A DNA stretch of 62,102 nt, filler included, from Dugesia japonica (GCA_001938525.1; 6 parts of 6 records of this genome joined end to end with filler, not necessarily neighbours in it); one strand, 5' to 3'. Shown: positions 26,198-41,046, numbered from the whole stretch's first letter. The notes: generated by a model not told the origin, from the letters alone. Translations and numbers: made by a program.

Positions 26198-27959
26198 AAT
26201 AACGTCCTTATAATTGTTTTCAGTTCTTTAAATAACGTTTTAGAAAATATAAGTGACACTATTTGATGGATAAATTCACGATATGCCAATATATTGAGGC
26301 TGATTTACATATAAATGATTAAAAAATTTATTATCGTATTTTTATATTTTTAGACATTGATTTACGGATTTCAGTCATTGCAGATTTTGAAAGATCAAAA
26401 ACTTATTTACTTCTTTGCTTTTTAACAACCCTGCACCAAGTGACTGAAGAATGGCCATTATTGAACCAATAATAAGAAAGGAAGATGGTAAATTTCTAAT
26501 AATTAATTAACCCTTATTTAGACACAAATAATAATTAAAAAATCAATAACTCTCATAAATATTAACTAAAATCAATAGTTTTTCAAAATATTTTATCTGA
26601 AATAAGGTGTTTTTATTTTTTTTGTTAGTTTTAGAAAAATTTTCAAATTTAATTCAACTTAAATATCAAGACTAGACGTTTGCGCACACGGAAAAATCTT
26701 AAAAGATTTTTTTGAGTTCTTCGTCAATGTTTTCAACTTATTCAAAATCAATTAAAAGCATCGTATTAAAGATACTGCAATTATTACAAAGATTCAAGAG
26801 CATAAACGTTTTGGCAGTGGTAGAAATATTGCTGAAAAGAGATGGATAGTGGCACATTAAGCCAACCCTTCCAGGCTTTTTTTAAAGTCAAGTTGCCCAA
26901 AATTTGATTATTCAAAATTAGGCGTGCAAATTTTTAAGAGTTTTGATTGGTCAAAACTTGTTTTAAAGATCATGTTGCCTAAAGATTGATTAGTTGAAAT
27001 TATTTGTGTCGGTGATGTATAAATTACGTAATAAATATGCAATATAATCACTTTAAATTGCAATTTTCGTTTAAATTTATTGAAATTAATTATTTTTTGT
27101 TTTAATCAAATGCAATTAATAATTCTTTAAGTAAATTTCTTCGAATAATATTAGTATCAATATCTATTGCCCCAGAAAACATTAATAATAAAATAATAGT
27201 GATAATGTTGTGGTAGCTCAACTGGTATCGGATAATAATAATATCGATAGGTAAGGTTGTAATAGAAGAAAATGATATAAGGAGAGGAAAGGAAAAATCT
27301 AGTAAATAGAAAGACAAGATCAGTAAAGTGAAGAAATAATTTTAAAAAACCGAGATTTAGTAACTAAAACATGAAATAACCAACAAAATCTTGAATCAAA
27401 GAGAAACAACTTGAAAATGAGACAACCAAAAAAGGAAAGAAATGATAGAAGTCATTAGTGGACTGTGAAAACAAAGAAATTGGTATGTAATAACTAAAAC
27501 AATTATTTCATTAAGTAGAATAAAGAAAATAGAATTAAATTAATAATTAAAGTAGAAAATAAATTAACTGAATTAATTATGGAAAGAAACGCCTTAATTA
27601 AATTAAATTTCAATTTAGAAACGAAAAACGGAAATCAAATACGACCATGAAATTTATGGAATAAGGAAGACCCCTGATATGTCATTAAATCGCAAAATAT
27701 ACGAAAGAGTGTGCATGTAGTATGCCGTGTAGGTGTACAATTAAAATTAAGAAATAAAACATTGATTACACAAGTATAAAAATAGATAGAAATAATTCTA
27801 GTATTTATGAGTAATTGGGCACATGTAAATCAATGCAAATGGGTCGTCATGGTGATTACAATTACACTAATGTGCAGCTGTAACAGATAGAATGTTTAGG
27901 AGTGGTTAGAAAACTATTTGTTCAATCGGGTATTCATGATTATTCCAATGTGGTTAGTA

Positions 27960-28830
27960 GTTAGATAGTGGTGCACTATCACAAAGACATTTTACCCCCC
28001 CCTGTTGGAAATTTTTTTTTCCGACAATTAATTTTTTTTAAAATTAGACTAGCTTAAGTAAAAAGAATGAGATGAAAACAAACTTGGTGTCATTAGATGT
28101 AAAATGAGGCTCATAACAATAAGGTATGCTTTGATCTGTCACAGTATTTAAATGTAAAATAATATCAAAGATTTAAACAACAAAAAAAATTTACAGTCGC
28201 CATTTTAAATTCTTTAAAGTTCATTCCTACATTATTGAATAGAAAATTTAAAACTACCTATACATTACCTAAAGTACTTTTATCGTAAAGCGCTTCGTTT
28301 TCTCAGAATTAAAAAAACCAAACAAAGACGTCTCTCCCACCCCCCATTAGCGGTCGAAATATAAGCCTGGTGAAAACGAATTTTGACAGACTTGTGTAAA
28401 CATTACTTCTAAGATCAATGGCACAGGTTTAAATTTTGTCAGACATGTCGATAAAACGTTATTCACGATTTAAATTTTAAAAAGTTTAATTTAAAATATT
28501 TCAATTACAGCCATAAATATTTTGGTACAGATCGATAGATTATGTAAAGTAAAATATATTTCGCTCCAAATTTATTTTAAAAACATGGTTTTTAAGCAAG
28601 AATTTTATAAAAACGACATATATAAATTGCTTAAAGGACTATATTCAAAAAACGCTTCTTTTATGGTTAAAAATGTGGTTTTGTTGGAGTAGGTAGATAT
28701 TTGCGCACTATCAAAGACATTTTTAAATTTAAAAAATTGAATTTAAAACGCATATATACATGCTATGGTGACAAACTTGGTATCGTTGGAATTGTAATTA
28801 GATGACGGACATTACATAATATCTCTGAAT
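27960..28830. repeat. Non-coding dispersed repeat family, also at 37740-38900 in several tandem degenerate copies
   Basis: AACTACCTATACATTACCTAAAG at about 28252, 37746, 38318 and 38740. AAACTTGGT(G/A)TC(A/G)TT and GCACTATC(AC)AAAGACATTT are repeated, and GCCATTTT(A/G)AATT is shared. Confidence 0.7.
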
Positions 28831-30267
28831 TTCAATCTGACGTATTGGTGAGAAGTTATTAAATATTTTAAATTTTAAATTTAAAAAACCATTTTTAAAA
28901 AGCATTTTTTTTAAAGCGAATTTAATCTGAAAATGAATTACTTTATATAAATTTTGTTGTAACACAACCTGCCCAATTAAAATCAACAAATGAAAAAGTT
29001 GGAAATGCTTTGTTTAATTTACATCTGCTTTGCATTTGTATTGCATTTATTATGTTTAAACCTAGAATTACCAATCAAAAAATGATAATAAAAAAAAGTA
29101 ACACATTTCAAACAATCAAATAAATACATACAAAATTTACTAATCAAAATATAGTTTTAAAGCAAAAACATTTAATAAACTTTCATTATTTACTATGCAA
29201 CTGTCTATTAGTTTAAAAAAAGATAATGTTATGTATATAATAGTAGATTATGAAAAATTGACGGAATTTCATGGAATACAAATGAAATTCTTTAATAGAT
29301 CAATAATTTATACATTTCAAATACTTGTTTTTTATTTATTTTATTATTTAATATTTTCATTTAGGAACCTGTAAAGATACAAAAATCTACCTATAGTTTG
29401 TTGATATCCGATATCGATTGAAGTGACATGAATATTTTGAATTTATTATTTCATAGAATTAAACAGCAATTACAATAAAGGATACAGTTTTTATCAATTA
29501 AAACGATACGAAAGGAACCATATTTGAAAAATATTTCATCGAAGTGGAAATACAAGGAGTTAAGAAAAATGGTGGCAATATGACGTCTTTAAACAAAAAA
29601 ACTATGTCTCTAATTTTGAAAACTTGAATGATTTATTGCTTGTGTAATTTATAATAAATGTTATTGATTTTATTTAAATTCCTTTTTTTAAGATAAATAT
29701 CGATCAAATTAATAAAGTCTTCAGTTCAATTAAAAACTTAATAAAATTTAAACTCTTTTAAATAAATACTAAAATAAAAACTTTACGACTAATACAAAAT
29801 ACTTAAAAACTCTACTAAATTAGAAAATAAAAACTTTATGATAAATAACTAACAAAATAACTATATAAAAAAAAGAACAAATTTTAACAACAAAATTTAT
29901 TGATTTAAACTTATTATTAAGTCTAAACTTATTAATAAGTCTTAATAAAGACATTAAATGTTATTTTTGTTTCACAAAAATGTTTTTTCAATGAAATATA
30001 TGCATATAAATAGATACATACAAAGATGTATGTATACCTTAAAATAAAAATTATGATAATAATAAAAAAACTGTCAATAAAAATTATTGAATAAAAATTA
30101 GAATTTTATAATTACAATTATTGTGAGAATAATTGTTGGACTTAACCATTGATCGGATTTGAGATTTNNNNNNNNNNNNNNNNNNNNNNNNNNNNNNNNN
30201 NNNNNNNNNNNTTAATTAATTAANNNNNNNNNNNNNNNNNNNNNNNNNNNNNNNNNNNNNNNNNNNN

Positions 30268-31921
30268 ACAGACTATTTGAAGCAAATAGAAAGTAAAGAA
30301 AAAGAGATGGCTTTTAAAGCAAAGAAATTAATACGTTTTCTAAATGAAGATATTATTTTCTCAATCAACAGAGAACTTCACAAAATTCGCTTAGTTTTTA
30401 TTTATATTGAATATTTGAAAAAAATTTACCAAATCGAAAAAGATATTTATTCAAACATAGAAGAATTAATTAGAAAAGAATTAATAAGGGTTCCAATACA
30501 ATCAATTTNTTCTCATAATTTCATGAATGCGTTGAGATTATTAATTATTGATTTATTATCTAATAACTATATTAAACTGGAATATTTCAATATCGGAAAA
30601 GTGTTGATATTATATTTTACTAAATATTTAGATAAGAGAAAGTATATTCATTTTATTAATAGCATAAACTACTCAGATAAATCAATATATTCAAATTTGA
30701 AAGAAATGGTTGGACGACAATGTCAAATGTGTATGGAAATTCCTAGTCAAAATTATATGGAAATCCCGTGTCAAAATTGCAGAGAATTATATTTGAGAAC
30801 TAAATGGAATTATCATATGAATGAAAATAAAATCTGTAAACCGATTTCAAATTTAGAAGAATTAAAAGATAAAGTCGTACAACAATATTTAAATGATGAA
30901 AATCATTTTAAAAAGATGAAACTGTCGATAATAAATTCCAATTTAACGTCTATCAAATCTGCACTCGATTCAATAGATCGCATCACCTATGCGANNNNNN
31001 NNNNNNNNNNNNNNNNNNNNNNNNNNNNNNNNNNNNNNNNNNNNTTCTCATAATTTCATGAATGCGTTGAGATTATTAATTATTGATTTATTATCTAATA
31101 ACTATATTAAACTGGAATATTTCAATATCGGAAAAGTGTTGATATTATATTTTACTAAATATTTAGATAAGAGAAAGTATATTCATTTTATTAATAGCAT
31201 AAACTACTCAGATAAATCAATATATTCAAATTTGAAAGAAATGGTTGGACGACAATGTCAAATGTGTATGGAAATTCCTAGTCAAAATTATATGGAAATC
31301 CCGTGTCAAAATTGCAGAGAATTATATTTGAGAACTAAATGGAATTANNNNNNNNNNNNNNNNNNNNNNNNNNNNNNNNNNNNNNNNNNNNNNNNNNNNN
31401 NNNNNNNNNNNNNNNNNNNNNNNNNNNNNNNNNNNNNNNNNNNNNNNNNNNNNNNACTGTCGATAATAAATTCCAATTTAACGTCTATCAAATCTGCACT
31501 CGATTCAATAGATCGCATCACCTATGCGACTAAAGAGGAAAATCCCCAAGATGTGATTTCTCACAGTTTAAATATATCGTTTATCCTTACGTACACAGCT
31601 AGATTGTATTACGAATTCTTTATGAATATGTTTATCCATAGTCTCCATTGTCATCATCCTTCAAGTAAAACCGATTCGATTTATCAATCAGAATTAATTA
31701 CCAGCAAAAGTGCTGTTAAAAATATGCTTAAGCTATTACATTATATGGAAGAATTTTTCATTGATTATCGAAAATTATCGTTACAAAGACGTATTGAAAA
31801 ATTTAAACCAAAAACAAAGGATTTACTGATATCTTCTCTTTACATTCTTGATAAATTTCAAAATACCTATGAAATTCATAGAAAATTTACTCAATTTTAC
31901 TCCTTTTTGTTTTCTTGTTAG
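30268..31921 (+). CDS. Large exon of an unidentified helical host protein; 5'-truncated and internally duplicated by the assembly
   Basis: Long open frames of 258 and 310 aa in ~75% AT DNA. 30510-30994 is duplicated at 31045-31528 across an N gap. Contains CQMC...CQNC. Confidence 0.6.
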
Positions 31922-32569
31922 ATTTATTTGAATTGAAAATTTAAAAAAAAATTGGAAATAAATAAATGTGATTACTTTTTGATGTTTCAAATTTTGTGGT
32001 TTAAAATATTGACATTTTTGAAATATTATTTATACAAAATATATTTTCAAGTTAATTTATTATTTCTTTCATACTGTTTAAACATTTTTATATTTCGTGT
32101 GCAAGTATGACTCTGCTTTTATTATTTTTGAATAATTTTTTTTGAAGCTGTGAAATGTTATTGGAAGTGCAATTTAAGTGATAAAATACTTAAGTTAAAT
32201 AATGAAACCGAAAACTGGTTGGATTTTAAAATCATAGACNNNNNNNNNNNNNNNNNNNNNNNNNNNNNNNNNNNNNNNNNNNNNNNNNNNNNNNNNNNNN
32301 NNNNNNNNNNNNNNNNNNNNNNNNNNNNNNNNNNNNNNNNNNNNNNNNNNNNNNNNNNNNNNNNNNNNNNNNNNNNNNNNNNNNNNNNNNNNNNNNNNNN
32401 NNNNNNNNNNNNNNNNNNNNNNNNNNNNNNNNNNNNNNNNNNNNNNNNNNNNNNNNNNNNNNNNNNNNNNNNNNNNNNNNNNNNNNNNNNNNAATTTATT
32501 TTACTCTTTCTTGACCTCATTTCATATTTAACAATTCGATGTAATATCTAGAGACATACATAAAAACTA

Positions 32570-33060
32570 CAAGTATTTATGGTACCTTTGTACCATGCCC
32601 CTTTCTTTCCTGAGCCCAGCGCAACTATGCGGTATCGTGAAACTCACTCTTATAACTCCTGGACAACTCGCTCAGTCAATATTCGTTATTGTATTTAAAC
32701 CGTGATTTTAATTTCATAGGACATACAACAAAATTCGAAACAACTCAACGAACATCAATTCATATTTATTGATATATACTATTCTCCTGCCACTACGCGT
32801 TCAGATTCACCGTTTTGTCCGGATTGTCGGTAAACTCTTCTGACAACTGGTAATTTAACCAGAATGTTTGAAGGGTGAGGAGCATTGTGGCTTCTCTGCG
32901 TATACTTTCACGACATATGCCAATAATCTGTTGGCCTGTTGTAGGGTCAGCTCTTTTTCTTTCAGTTGTTATAACTTGCAAGATTGTTTCACCGCCTGGC
33001 CCTTGAATCTTAACACCTCATTTTGGAGTTCCTTGTGCTCTTCTTTCTATCAATAATTAA
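32570..33060 (-). pseudogene. GC-richer coiled-coil ORF remnants upstream of a repeat-module copy
   Basis: Broken frame KEEHKELQNEVLRFKGQAVKQSCKL*QLKEKELTLQQANRLLAYVVK. Same position and orientation relative to the module as 15796-16390. Confidence 0.35.
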
Positions 33061-33399
33061 TAATTTATAAATAATTAAATATTAATAAACAATTAAATAT
33101 TAATTAAACTGTACATATACTACTAGTAAAAACCTGCAAATAGTGGATTAAAACCAGCAAGTAATAGAAAAGACAAGTATTCAGTAAGATCATTGATAAC
33201 TGAAATCCAATGCACTGTGATCAGAACACTGAAATCCAATGCATAGCAATCATAACACTGTGATCAGAGCTTTGATAAGTTAGTAATTGTGAAGTGTGGG
33301 TAAACTAATACATAAATAGGCTGAAATAAATAATAATAATAATAAAAAATAATAAAATAATACCAAATCTGAGTCGATTTATGTTCTCTTTGAATTGAG

Positions 33400-34092
33400 A
33401 TATGAGCGCTAATATCCGAGTTTTGAGATTTTTCACCACATATTTTCATTTATTTCAATGAATATTGACTTTGGCGATTTTAGATCAATATATTTGGAAT
33501 TATCCAAAAATTCTTTATCGAATTATTTATCTTTACCTCTTATTAACATATTTTAGAAGAAAAGTTTTTTCGAAAAATTTTTATTTGTGAAAAATAATTA
33601 CCGCAAAATTCTTAGCAGTTTGGTATAAAAATCTTTTAAATATGATATAAAAAACATATTTTTTCAAACCTTTAGACTGTTCATCCAAATTCCCATAAAT
33701 ATTTCATTAAAAAATTTTAAATGTTCTTATTATTTAAACAACATGAACGGTTTGCCNNNNNNNNNNNNNNNNNNNNNNNNNNNNNNNNNNNNNNNNNNNN
33801 NNNNNNNNNNNNNNNNNNNNNNNNNNNNNNNNNNNNNNNNNNNNNNNNNNNNNNNNNNNNNNNNNNNACTTAATAATATTACCGCCTAAAAGCCTTAAAA
33901 ATTTCCCAACTAAATTCATTGGAAAAATTCAAAAACAGTTAATCCTATTACATAAAATTTCACCGATGAAATTAATCTGATGACATAATTTGTGTGCAAA
34001 ATTTTTTCCCAACTAAATACACAGGGAAATTTAAAAACAGTAACGTAAAAGTTACTTAATGATGCAATTTTTAAATTCCCAACTAAATGCAT
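33400..34092 (+). repeat. Copy of the repeat module
   Basis: CCGCAAAATTCTTAGCAGTTTGGTATAAAAATC is shared with 45300. The tail AAAATTTCACCGATGAAATTAATCTGATGACATAATTTGTGTGCAAAA is shared with 17570 and 45685. Confidence 0.8.
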
Positions 34093-34397
34093 TAGGCTTA
34101 AATTTTATTAGGTCACGGGGTTCTTACCGAATGTGTTATGTTCTTGACTCATACTATATATATACATTAGGATTAAATTTCATAACATCACTATACTGGT
34201 GGTGGTGGGTTACTGAATGTGTGCTGTTTTTCCCTGCCACTATCCATCTACTATCGGGCAGTCTTGATATTCTGATATTATTGCAAGATATTGTATTGTA
34301 TAGTGTATTATTTACATAGTAACCGTGTATTATATGGTTTATTGGTGAATTATTTACATAATATCCCGTATTCTAGGGTTAGTAGCTAGTAACATAT

Positions 34398-34890
34398 GCT
34401 TATAAACCTAGCTTTCGGAAATCATTCAAGATTGCAGAAAACCTTATAGTAACTTAAATGAATAAAGATTCAGTATGTTTAGATCGTCCAAGCTACATTG
34501 GTCAATCTGTACTTGACTTGAACAAATTACGAATGTACCAGCTACATTACATCAAACGAGAAGTACAGAAAAAAGAAAAATGTAGTATTATTATTTTAGT
34601 TGGTGATACTGACTGCAATTTCTTTCTAGATTTGGAGGATATAAGTATAGGAAAACTGACTGGATATATAAAGAAAGACGGTTTATTAGATACTTTAAAC
34701 AATAGTAATACAATGAATTATATTATTGGCAGGTGTAAAGATGAAAATAAGGGAAAGAAGTATTTAGAATATATATTCTTACGTCAAAAATTTTACAGCT
34801 TGCTTTCTGAGAAAGAAACAATGAAAAAAAGACTTAACGTTGAAAAATAGCGGCATCAACCATCAGACATATGTTGACTGCTATAATTGT
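34398..34890 (+). pseudogene. Polinton/Maverick-type protein-primed DNA polymerase B, C-terminal remnant
   Basis: LDRPSYIGQSVLDLNKLRMYQLHY (KPxYxGxxILDLSKxxMY motif), GDTD(C) motif C, LDT..N, IGRCKDE and EYIFLRQKFYSLL. Confidence 0.85.
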
Positions 34891-35109
34891 GATAAAAAGG
34901 TCTCAATGTATTTTTAGTGTATAAAATATATGTTTTATTGACAAATAAAACAAAAATCTTGGTTATTTTTGAAATAATACTAAACAAAGTACTCTATTTA
35001 TTAAACTTGTTATATTTGTTTCATATTATGTATTAAATTTTGTGAACTTGTCATGAACATGAGACGAGCATGAATTTACATTACTTCCTCATATTTCTTG
35101 GTTAATTTG

Positions 35110-35602
35110 TAGTTAAACCATATATTACACGGTTGCTATGTCAATAATATACTCATAAACCCTATAATACATGGTTACTATGTCAATAATACCTTATAAT
35201 ATTGGGTTGCTATGTAAATAATACAAGGTAACTATGCAAATAATACACTCGTAAACCTTATATTTCACGGTTAATATGTAAATAATATACACAAACTTTA
35301 TAATACAGCGTTACTATGTAAATATTACACCCATATACCTTATAATATTTGGTTACTATGTAAATAATACAAGGTAACTATGCAAATAATACACTTGTAA
35401 ACCTTATATTTCACGGTTGATATGTAAATAATATACACACAAACCTTATAATACAGCGTTACTATGTAAATAAAACACCCATATACCTTATAATATATGG
35501 TAACTATGCAAATAATACACTCGTAAACCTTACATAACACGGTTAATATATAAATAAATAAATAAATCATAAGCCTTATAATACAAGGTTACTATGTAAA
35601 TA
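35110..35602. repeat. ~40-bp minisatellite (GGTTACTATGTAAATAATACAC...AACCTTATAATAC); inverted relics at 34310-34385
   Basis: About 12 tandem units with higher-order periodicity. Confidence 0.85.
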
Positions 35603-35609
35603 TTTGTTA

Positions 35610-35741
35610 CATGACAATTCGACACATGAAAAATCGACACACGACAATTCGACACATGACAAATCAACAACTGACAAATCGACACAGAGACAATTAGACA
35701 ATTCGACACAGAGAAATTGACATATAGACAAATCGACACAT
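35610..35741. repeat. 15-bp minisatellite (GACAA(T/A)TCGACACA)
   Basis: About 8 tandem units. Confidence 0.85.
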
Positions 35742-36185
35742 ATTTTTTATAATTTTTTAATATTTTTTTATTATTTTTAATAACTTTTTGNNNNNNNNNN
35801 NNNNNNNNNNNNTTTTTGGTATAATTTTTAATAAATATAATATATTCATAAACCTTATAATACATGATAAAAAAATTTTTACTGAATTTTTGAAGTATAA
35901 TTTTTAATACTGAACTTTCTTGTTATAATTTTAATAATAAATTTTTTTAGTATAATTTTTAATAATGAATTCTTTGGTATAATTTTTAATACTGAAATTT
36001 TGACGTATAATATTTAATACTGAATTTTATTGGTATAATTTTAATAATACATTTTTTTGCTATAATTTTTAATACTGAATTTTTTTCGTATAATTTTTAA
36101 TACTGAAAATTTGAGGTATAATATTTATTACTGAATTTTATTGGTATAATTTTAATAATAAATTTTTTTGCTATAATTTTTGTAA
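35742..36185. repeat. ~29-bp AT-rich minisatellite (TATAATTTTTAATACTGAATTT)
   Basis: About 12 tandem units. Confidence 0.85.
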
Positions 36186-39100
36186 TGTTATAATATTGTT
36201 TGTAATAAACTTGTAATGTTTTGTATGTTAAGACTTGATGATTGTGAGCATTGTGTATGTTAATACTTATTGATAGTGAGTATTGTTTATGTTAAGACTT
36301 AATGATAGCGAATATTATATTAAGTGTGATTGATAGGTGTATAATGTACATTAAATGTATTTAACCTGTATTTTCAAAGATTTTATGATATTAAGATAAA
36401 AATACGCGAATGATTGACTGAATTATTTGTTTTGATTAATATCACAATCAAAGTACTTTTGATTGAATGAACAATTGGTAGATTGTATATAGTCACTTGT
36501 CAGTATTAGAGTCATTATTACAGAAAGGTTTATGAAAATTTTAACAAGCTTTAGAAAAGTTTGTGAAAGTTTTTAACGATAATTAAAATGTTCATGTAAA
36601 TTTCAGATAAAATTATTTGACTTCAAGTAAAATAATACTATAAGATATTACTATTTCACTCCTTCTTTTCATCATTGGCATTAGCTTTCTCACACTCTTG
36701 TTCTTACTTATAATTTTTTATAACTTAAAGCAATGAANNNNNNNNNNNNNNNNNNNNNNNNNNNNNNNNGATAAGAAATAATTGAAGAAGTATTATATAT
36801 TTGTCAATATGTTGTTCTAAATAATAAATTATAATTTAGTAGAGCCTACTTATAACAATCGGTTTATGGAATACATCTGGTTTAATGGTCTTATATTCAA
36901 TGATAAAACCAATATTTGTATTATAAAACCCACATTTTCCTGTTAAAACCAGTACATTTGTGATAATATTCATATTTGCCTTGTAACATGTATTTTCCAT
37001 TAAACTTACATTTTTAATGTTGAATCAAGTATTTCTAATGACGTGATTTGTATTTTCTATGTTGAACTCATATCTTTTAACAACTTTACTGATAATTGTG
37101 TATTTAAATAAAATAAACCATGAAAAACAAAGTGCAAGCCAGGTTGCCAAGGTGCATGCAGGGAATCAAGGAGCTAGCAAAAAGTAGAAGAATAATCAGA
37201 TGATGAAAAATATACTGAAAAGGCTATATTATTTTAAATAAGAAGCACGTCATATAGACTCTTACTCACTATCACTCAGTCTTATTATCTTCTTTTATCT
37301 CTAAATGTTACTCTTTAAAGATTAAGATCCAATAGAAATTAGAGGAAAATATAGCTAAATAATAATAAATGATGGAAAATAAAGAACAATATAGCTAAAT
37401 ATGGCTAAATAGGGGTAAATCAGGAAATTATAGCAAAAATAAATAAAGTAGATGAAAATGGTAGGAAAATAGGCAAAAAAGTGACAAAAAATAGACTAAT
37501 TAAGCATATTAAATGNTTATGTATAGAATAAATGCAGTAAATAAAATCTCAACTGTTTTTTCTTTATTTTTTATTTTATTTCTTTTAAAAATTTATTCAT
37601 TAATTCATTTTATTTATTTATTTATTATTTTTGTTTTCAATTTGGGTTTTTTTGTTTTATATTTTTATTTTGTTTTTTTTTCAAATTTGATTTATTTATT
37701 TTTTTGAAATTTTTATTTTATGAAATCAACAGATGGAGAATTAAGAACTGCCTATACATTACCTAAAGAACTTGTATTGAAAAATGCATTTTCTATAAGT
37801 AATTCACCTTTGAAAGTGTAGAACATACCCCCATGACGTCCGATCGAGACAAAATTTTCAGCATAGATAGAGAAAATCAAAGTTAGATAGGAATGTCTCA
37901 TGAACTCGTATCCTAAAATTTATCCTTTCTTGTTAAAATAATATTTGAAAATTTAATTNNNNNNNNNNNNNNNNNNNNNNNNNNNNNNNNNNNNNNNNNN
38001 NNNNNNNNTCCTTTCTTGTTAAAATAATATTTGAAAATTTAATTATTTTTTATTACATATTCGATTGCGTAATAATTAAATTAAATACGTAATCAATTTT
38101 TAAAGATTTTGCAGTTTTTTGATTTTCCTGTGCTTAGCTTTCATCGTATAAAACCAAATTTGGTATTATTAGTCGCACAAAGTGAAGCCGCTCAATGTTA
38201 TCCATTTTAAAATTTATTCAGATCGGCTCCTAAAACGTTATAAAAGATTTTAATTAAAGAACACCACTATTTTAAAAGATATCGACTCAACATTTTACCA
38301 ATCTTCCTAAAATTAAAAACTACCTATACATTATCTAAAGTATTTGTATCAAAAAATGCTTCAATTCGTCACAAAAGGTATGATCGCACTGGAATACCCC
38401 CCTTGATGACAACCGATTAGGTCGAAAATTTATAGTTAGATGTAAAATTAAAAAGAATTATAGGAATTTCTCATGGACTTGTATCCTAAAATAGTTTTTT
38501 CTGTTGGAAAAACGGGAACAAAGGAATTTTTTTCTGGATAGAGTCTGGTAGAAACATAATATCGTGCCACGCTTTACATCGTTGGATGCGCAATTACACA
38601 ACGGAAAAATTAGTATATGAAAAAGTTCTAGTGACGTAATCATAAAAAGTTATTAAACAAAGAAACCTTTAAAAAGGAATAAAAGCCGCCATTTTGAATT
38701 TTTTAAAATTCTTTCTTTTAAAATTTGGTAAAGAATTAAAAACTATCTATACATTGTTTAAACGATTAGTATGAAAAACTGTATACATTACAAGAAAATC
38801 ACATAAGAAAGAACAAAGGACTTTTAAAAAAAATTTTTAAAATGTGTTTTTGGCAGCATTTCTTTATCAACATGTATCAAACTTGATATCATTAGCATAA
38901 TAATGAGACGAAAAATACGTCTGTTATGTTTTCAAAATAGTTTGATAAATATGTATCGATTTATTTGTCATTTAAACTTTAAACATAAATAAAAATGAAT
39001 AAATTAACTACTGACAAATTTTAAATAGATAAAATTTATTTTAAAATGATTATGGAAAATTTTTAAATTTATTTATATAACATTCGTGTTGCACATGTCA

Positions 39101-41046
39101 TATTTAATGAAAATAAACACACATACAAATACTTTGTTATATTTTCATAGACTTCTAAGTAATTTTTATAAAATTTCACCGACTTCTATGTAATTTTTAA
39201 AATTTTTTGTTGACTTTTATGTAATTTATAAAATATTTCACCGACTTTTATTTAATTTATAAAAAAGTGTAATGACCTCTATGTAATTTTTTAAAATCTT
39301 TTAAAGACATCTAATTAATACATTTGGAATGCCTATGTAAGATAACACACAAAATTAATATTTTAAATAGATGAGTATATTTGCTGTATAATGTGTATTA
39401 TATGGCTCTATTTAGTTTATTGTTTGTATTTAACTGTATGTATGGTGTTTATTATATGTTTTAACTAGTTCAATTAAGTTATTTTTGTGAGCATTGATTA
39501 TTGAAAACTAGTGAACAGTGGTCAGATCTCTTATGACNAGTGCACAGCTAGCATAGTTTTGATGTCTGAGGACTAATGCAAAGACTTCAGAATATTGATG
39601 ACTGAGTACTAGTAAACAGAGATTTGATAACTGAGGATTAGTGAGGTGTGAGAAAAGATCAATGAAGAGCAAATTATTATATAAAGGAGTTAAAACCAGT
39701 CAAAAAGTAGACCTGATTAGATATTAAATTTGACTGAGCATCTAATTTTAACATTAATACTGTTTGGAATCATCCATCATTTAATATTACTAGAAAACAA
39801 CCTATATGAAGTACTTGTTTTTTGATTTATTTCATTAAAGATAAAGTTTGACAAATATTATACTAATATTAATGAATTTTATGTTTGTTTAATCGCATCA
39901 AATTAATTAAAAACATGTGTGTAATTATTTTGTATGAACACGTTTTATTTCAAAATTTTAAAATTCAGATAAACAAAAAGTGATTTTTTTAATTTNNNNN
40001 NNNNNTTTTAATTTAAATGTTTAGAAAAAATGAAATTTTCAACCAAATGTTATGATGAAAATTGAAAATATTTGAATTATGAAAATTAAATCCGGTTAGT
40101 TTTGTTAAATTTAAAATTTTTAATTGATTTTGGTAATGTGTTACTAATGATTTTAATTTGGATTTAGAGTCAAATAATATGAATGACGTATGTATTTTAA
40201 TTAAAATTAATAGTTAATTATATTAACATTTTTAAAAAAACTTTTTTAAATTCATTGTTTGTAATAAATGTAAACTTTTGAAATTTCAAAATTGAATTTG
40301 ACTGGGTTTAGAAATAATAAATTCAAAATATAGACTAAGTTCTTTAAGTTACTTAGAATTTTAATAAATTTATTTAAAAGTTTAATAAATATACTAAGTT
40401 CTATAACCTTTCTTGAATTTCATTAGATTTTCACCAACCGCCCAACTGGACCAATAAATAACATAAATTATGATCCAGATTTTAAGAATTATATGAAAAA
40501 TGTAATGAAATCAGTTGGGATTTGTTGATTATTTTAAATGTTCACCATTTATTTTAATTATTACTAAAAATGTATGTATTTTCATTTACTTTAACTTTTG
40601 AAATTTGAATTTATTTGAATTAAATTATGATTTTATTGTTTCTTTTACGATTAACTTGATGACAATTAATTAATGATGAATTAAATTTTTGATGATTAGT
40701 TTAATAAATNCAATTAATTTATTTCAAATTTAATGTTATCAATTTAAATTTCATACTTACAAATTTTCTCAGGGACCAACTTATATAAAGTAATAGCTTT
40801 TTCAATTTTTTTAATCAAGGATAAAGATTGGTGATTTTTAACTATGTTTTTCGTACTCAACATAAAATTTTCTATTTAATAGATACCTTGGTGTTCAAAT
40901 TTGAGTTACCTTTTATTTTTCGACATTCTCATTAGAGATTACAATTATTCATGATAACAACCCATGATAAGTAATGTTTTTAATTTTATTCAGTTAATGA
41001 TAAAGTTTGACGTTATTTTATGTATTAATACTGATATTTCAAAAAA

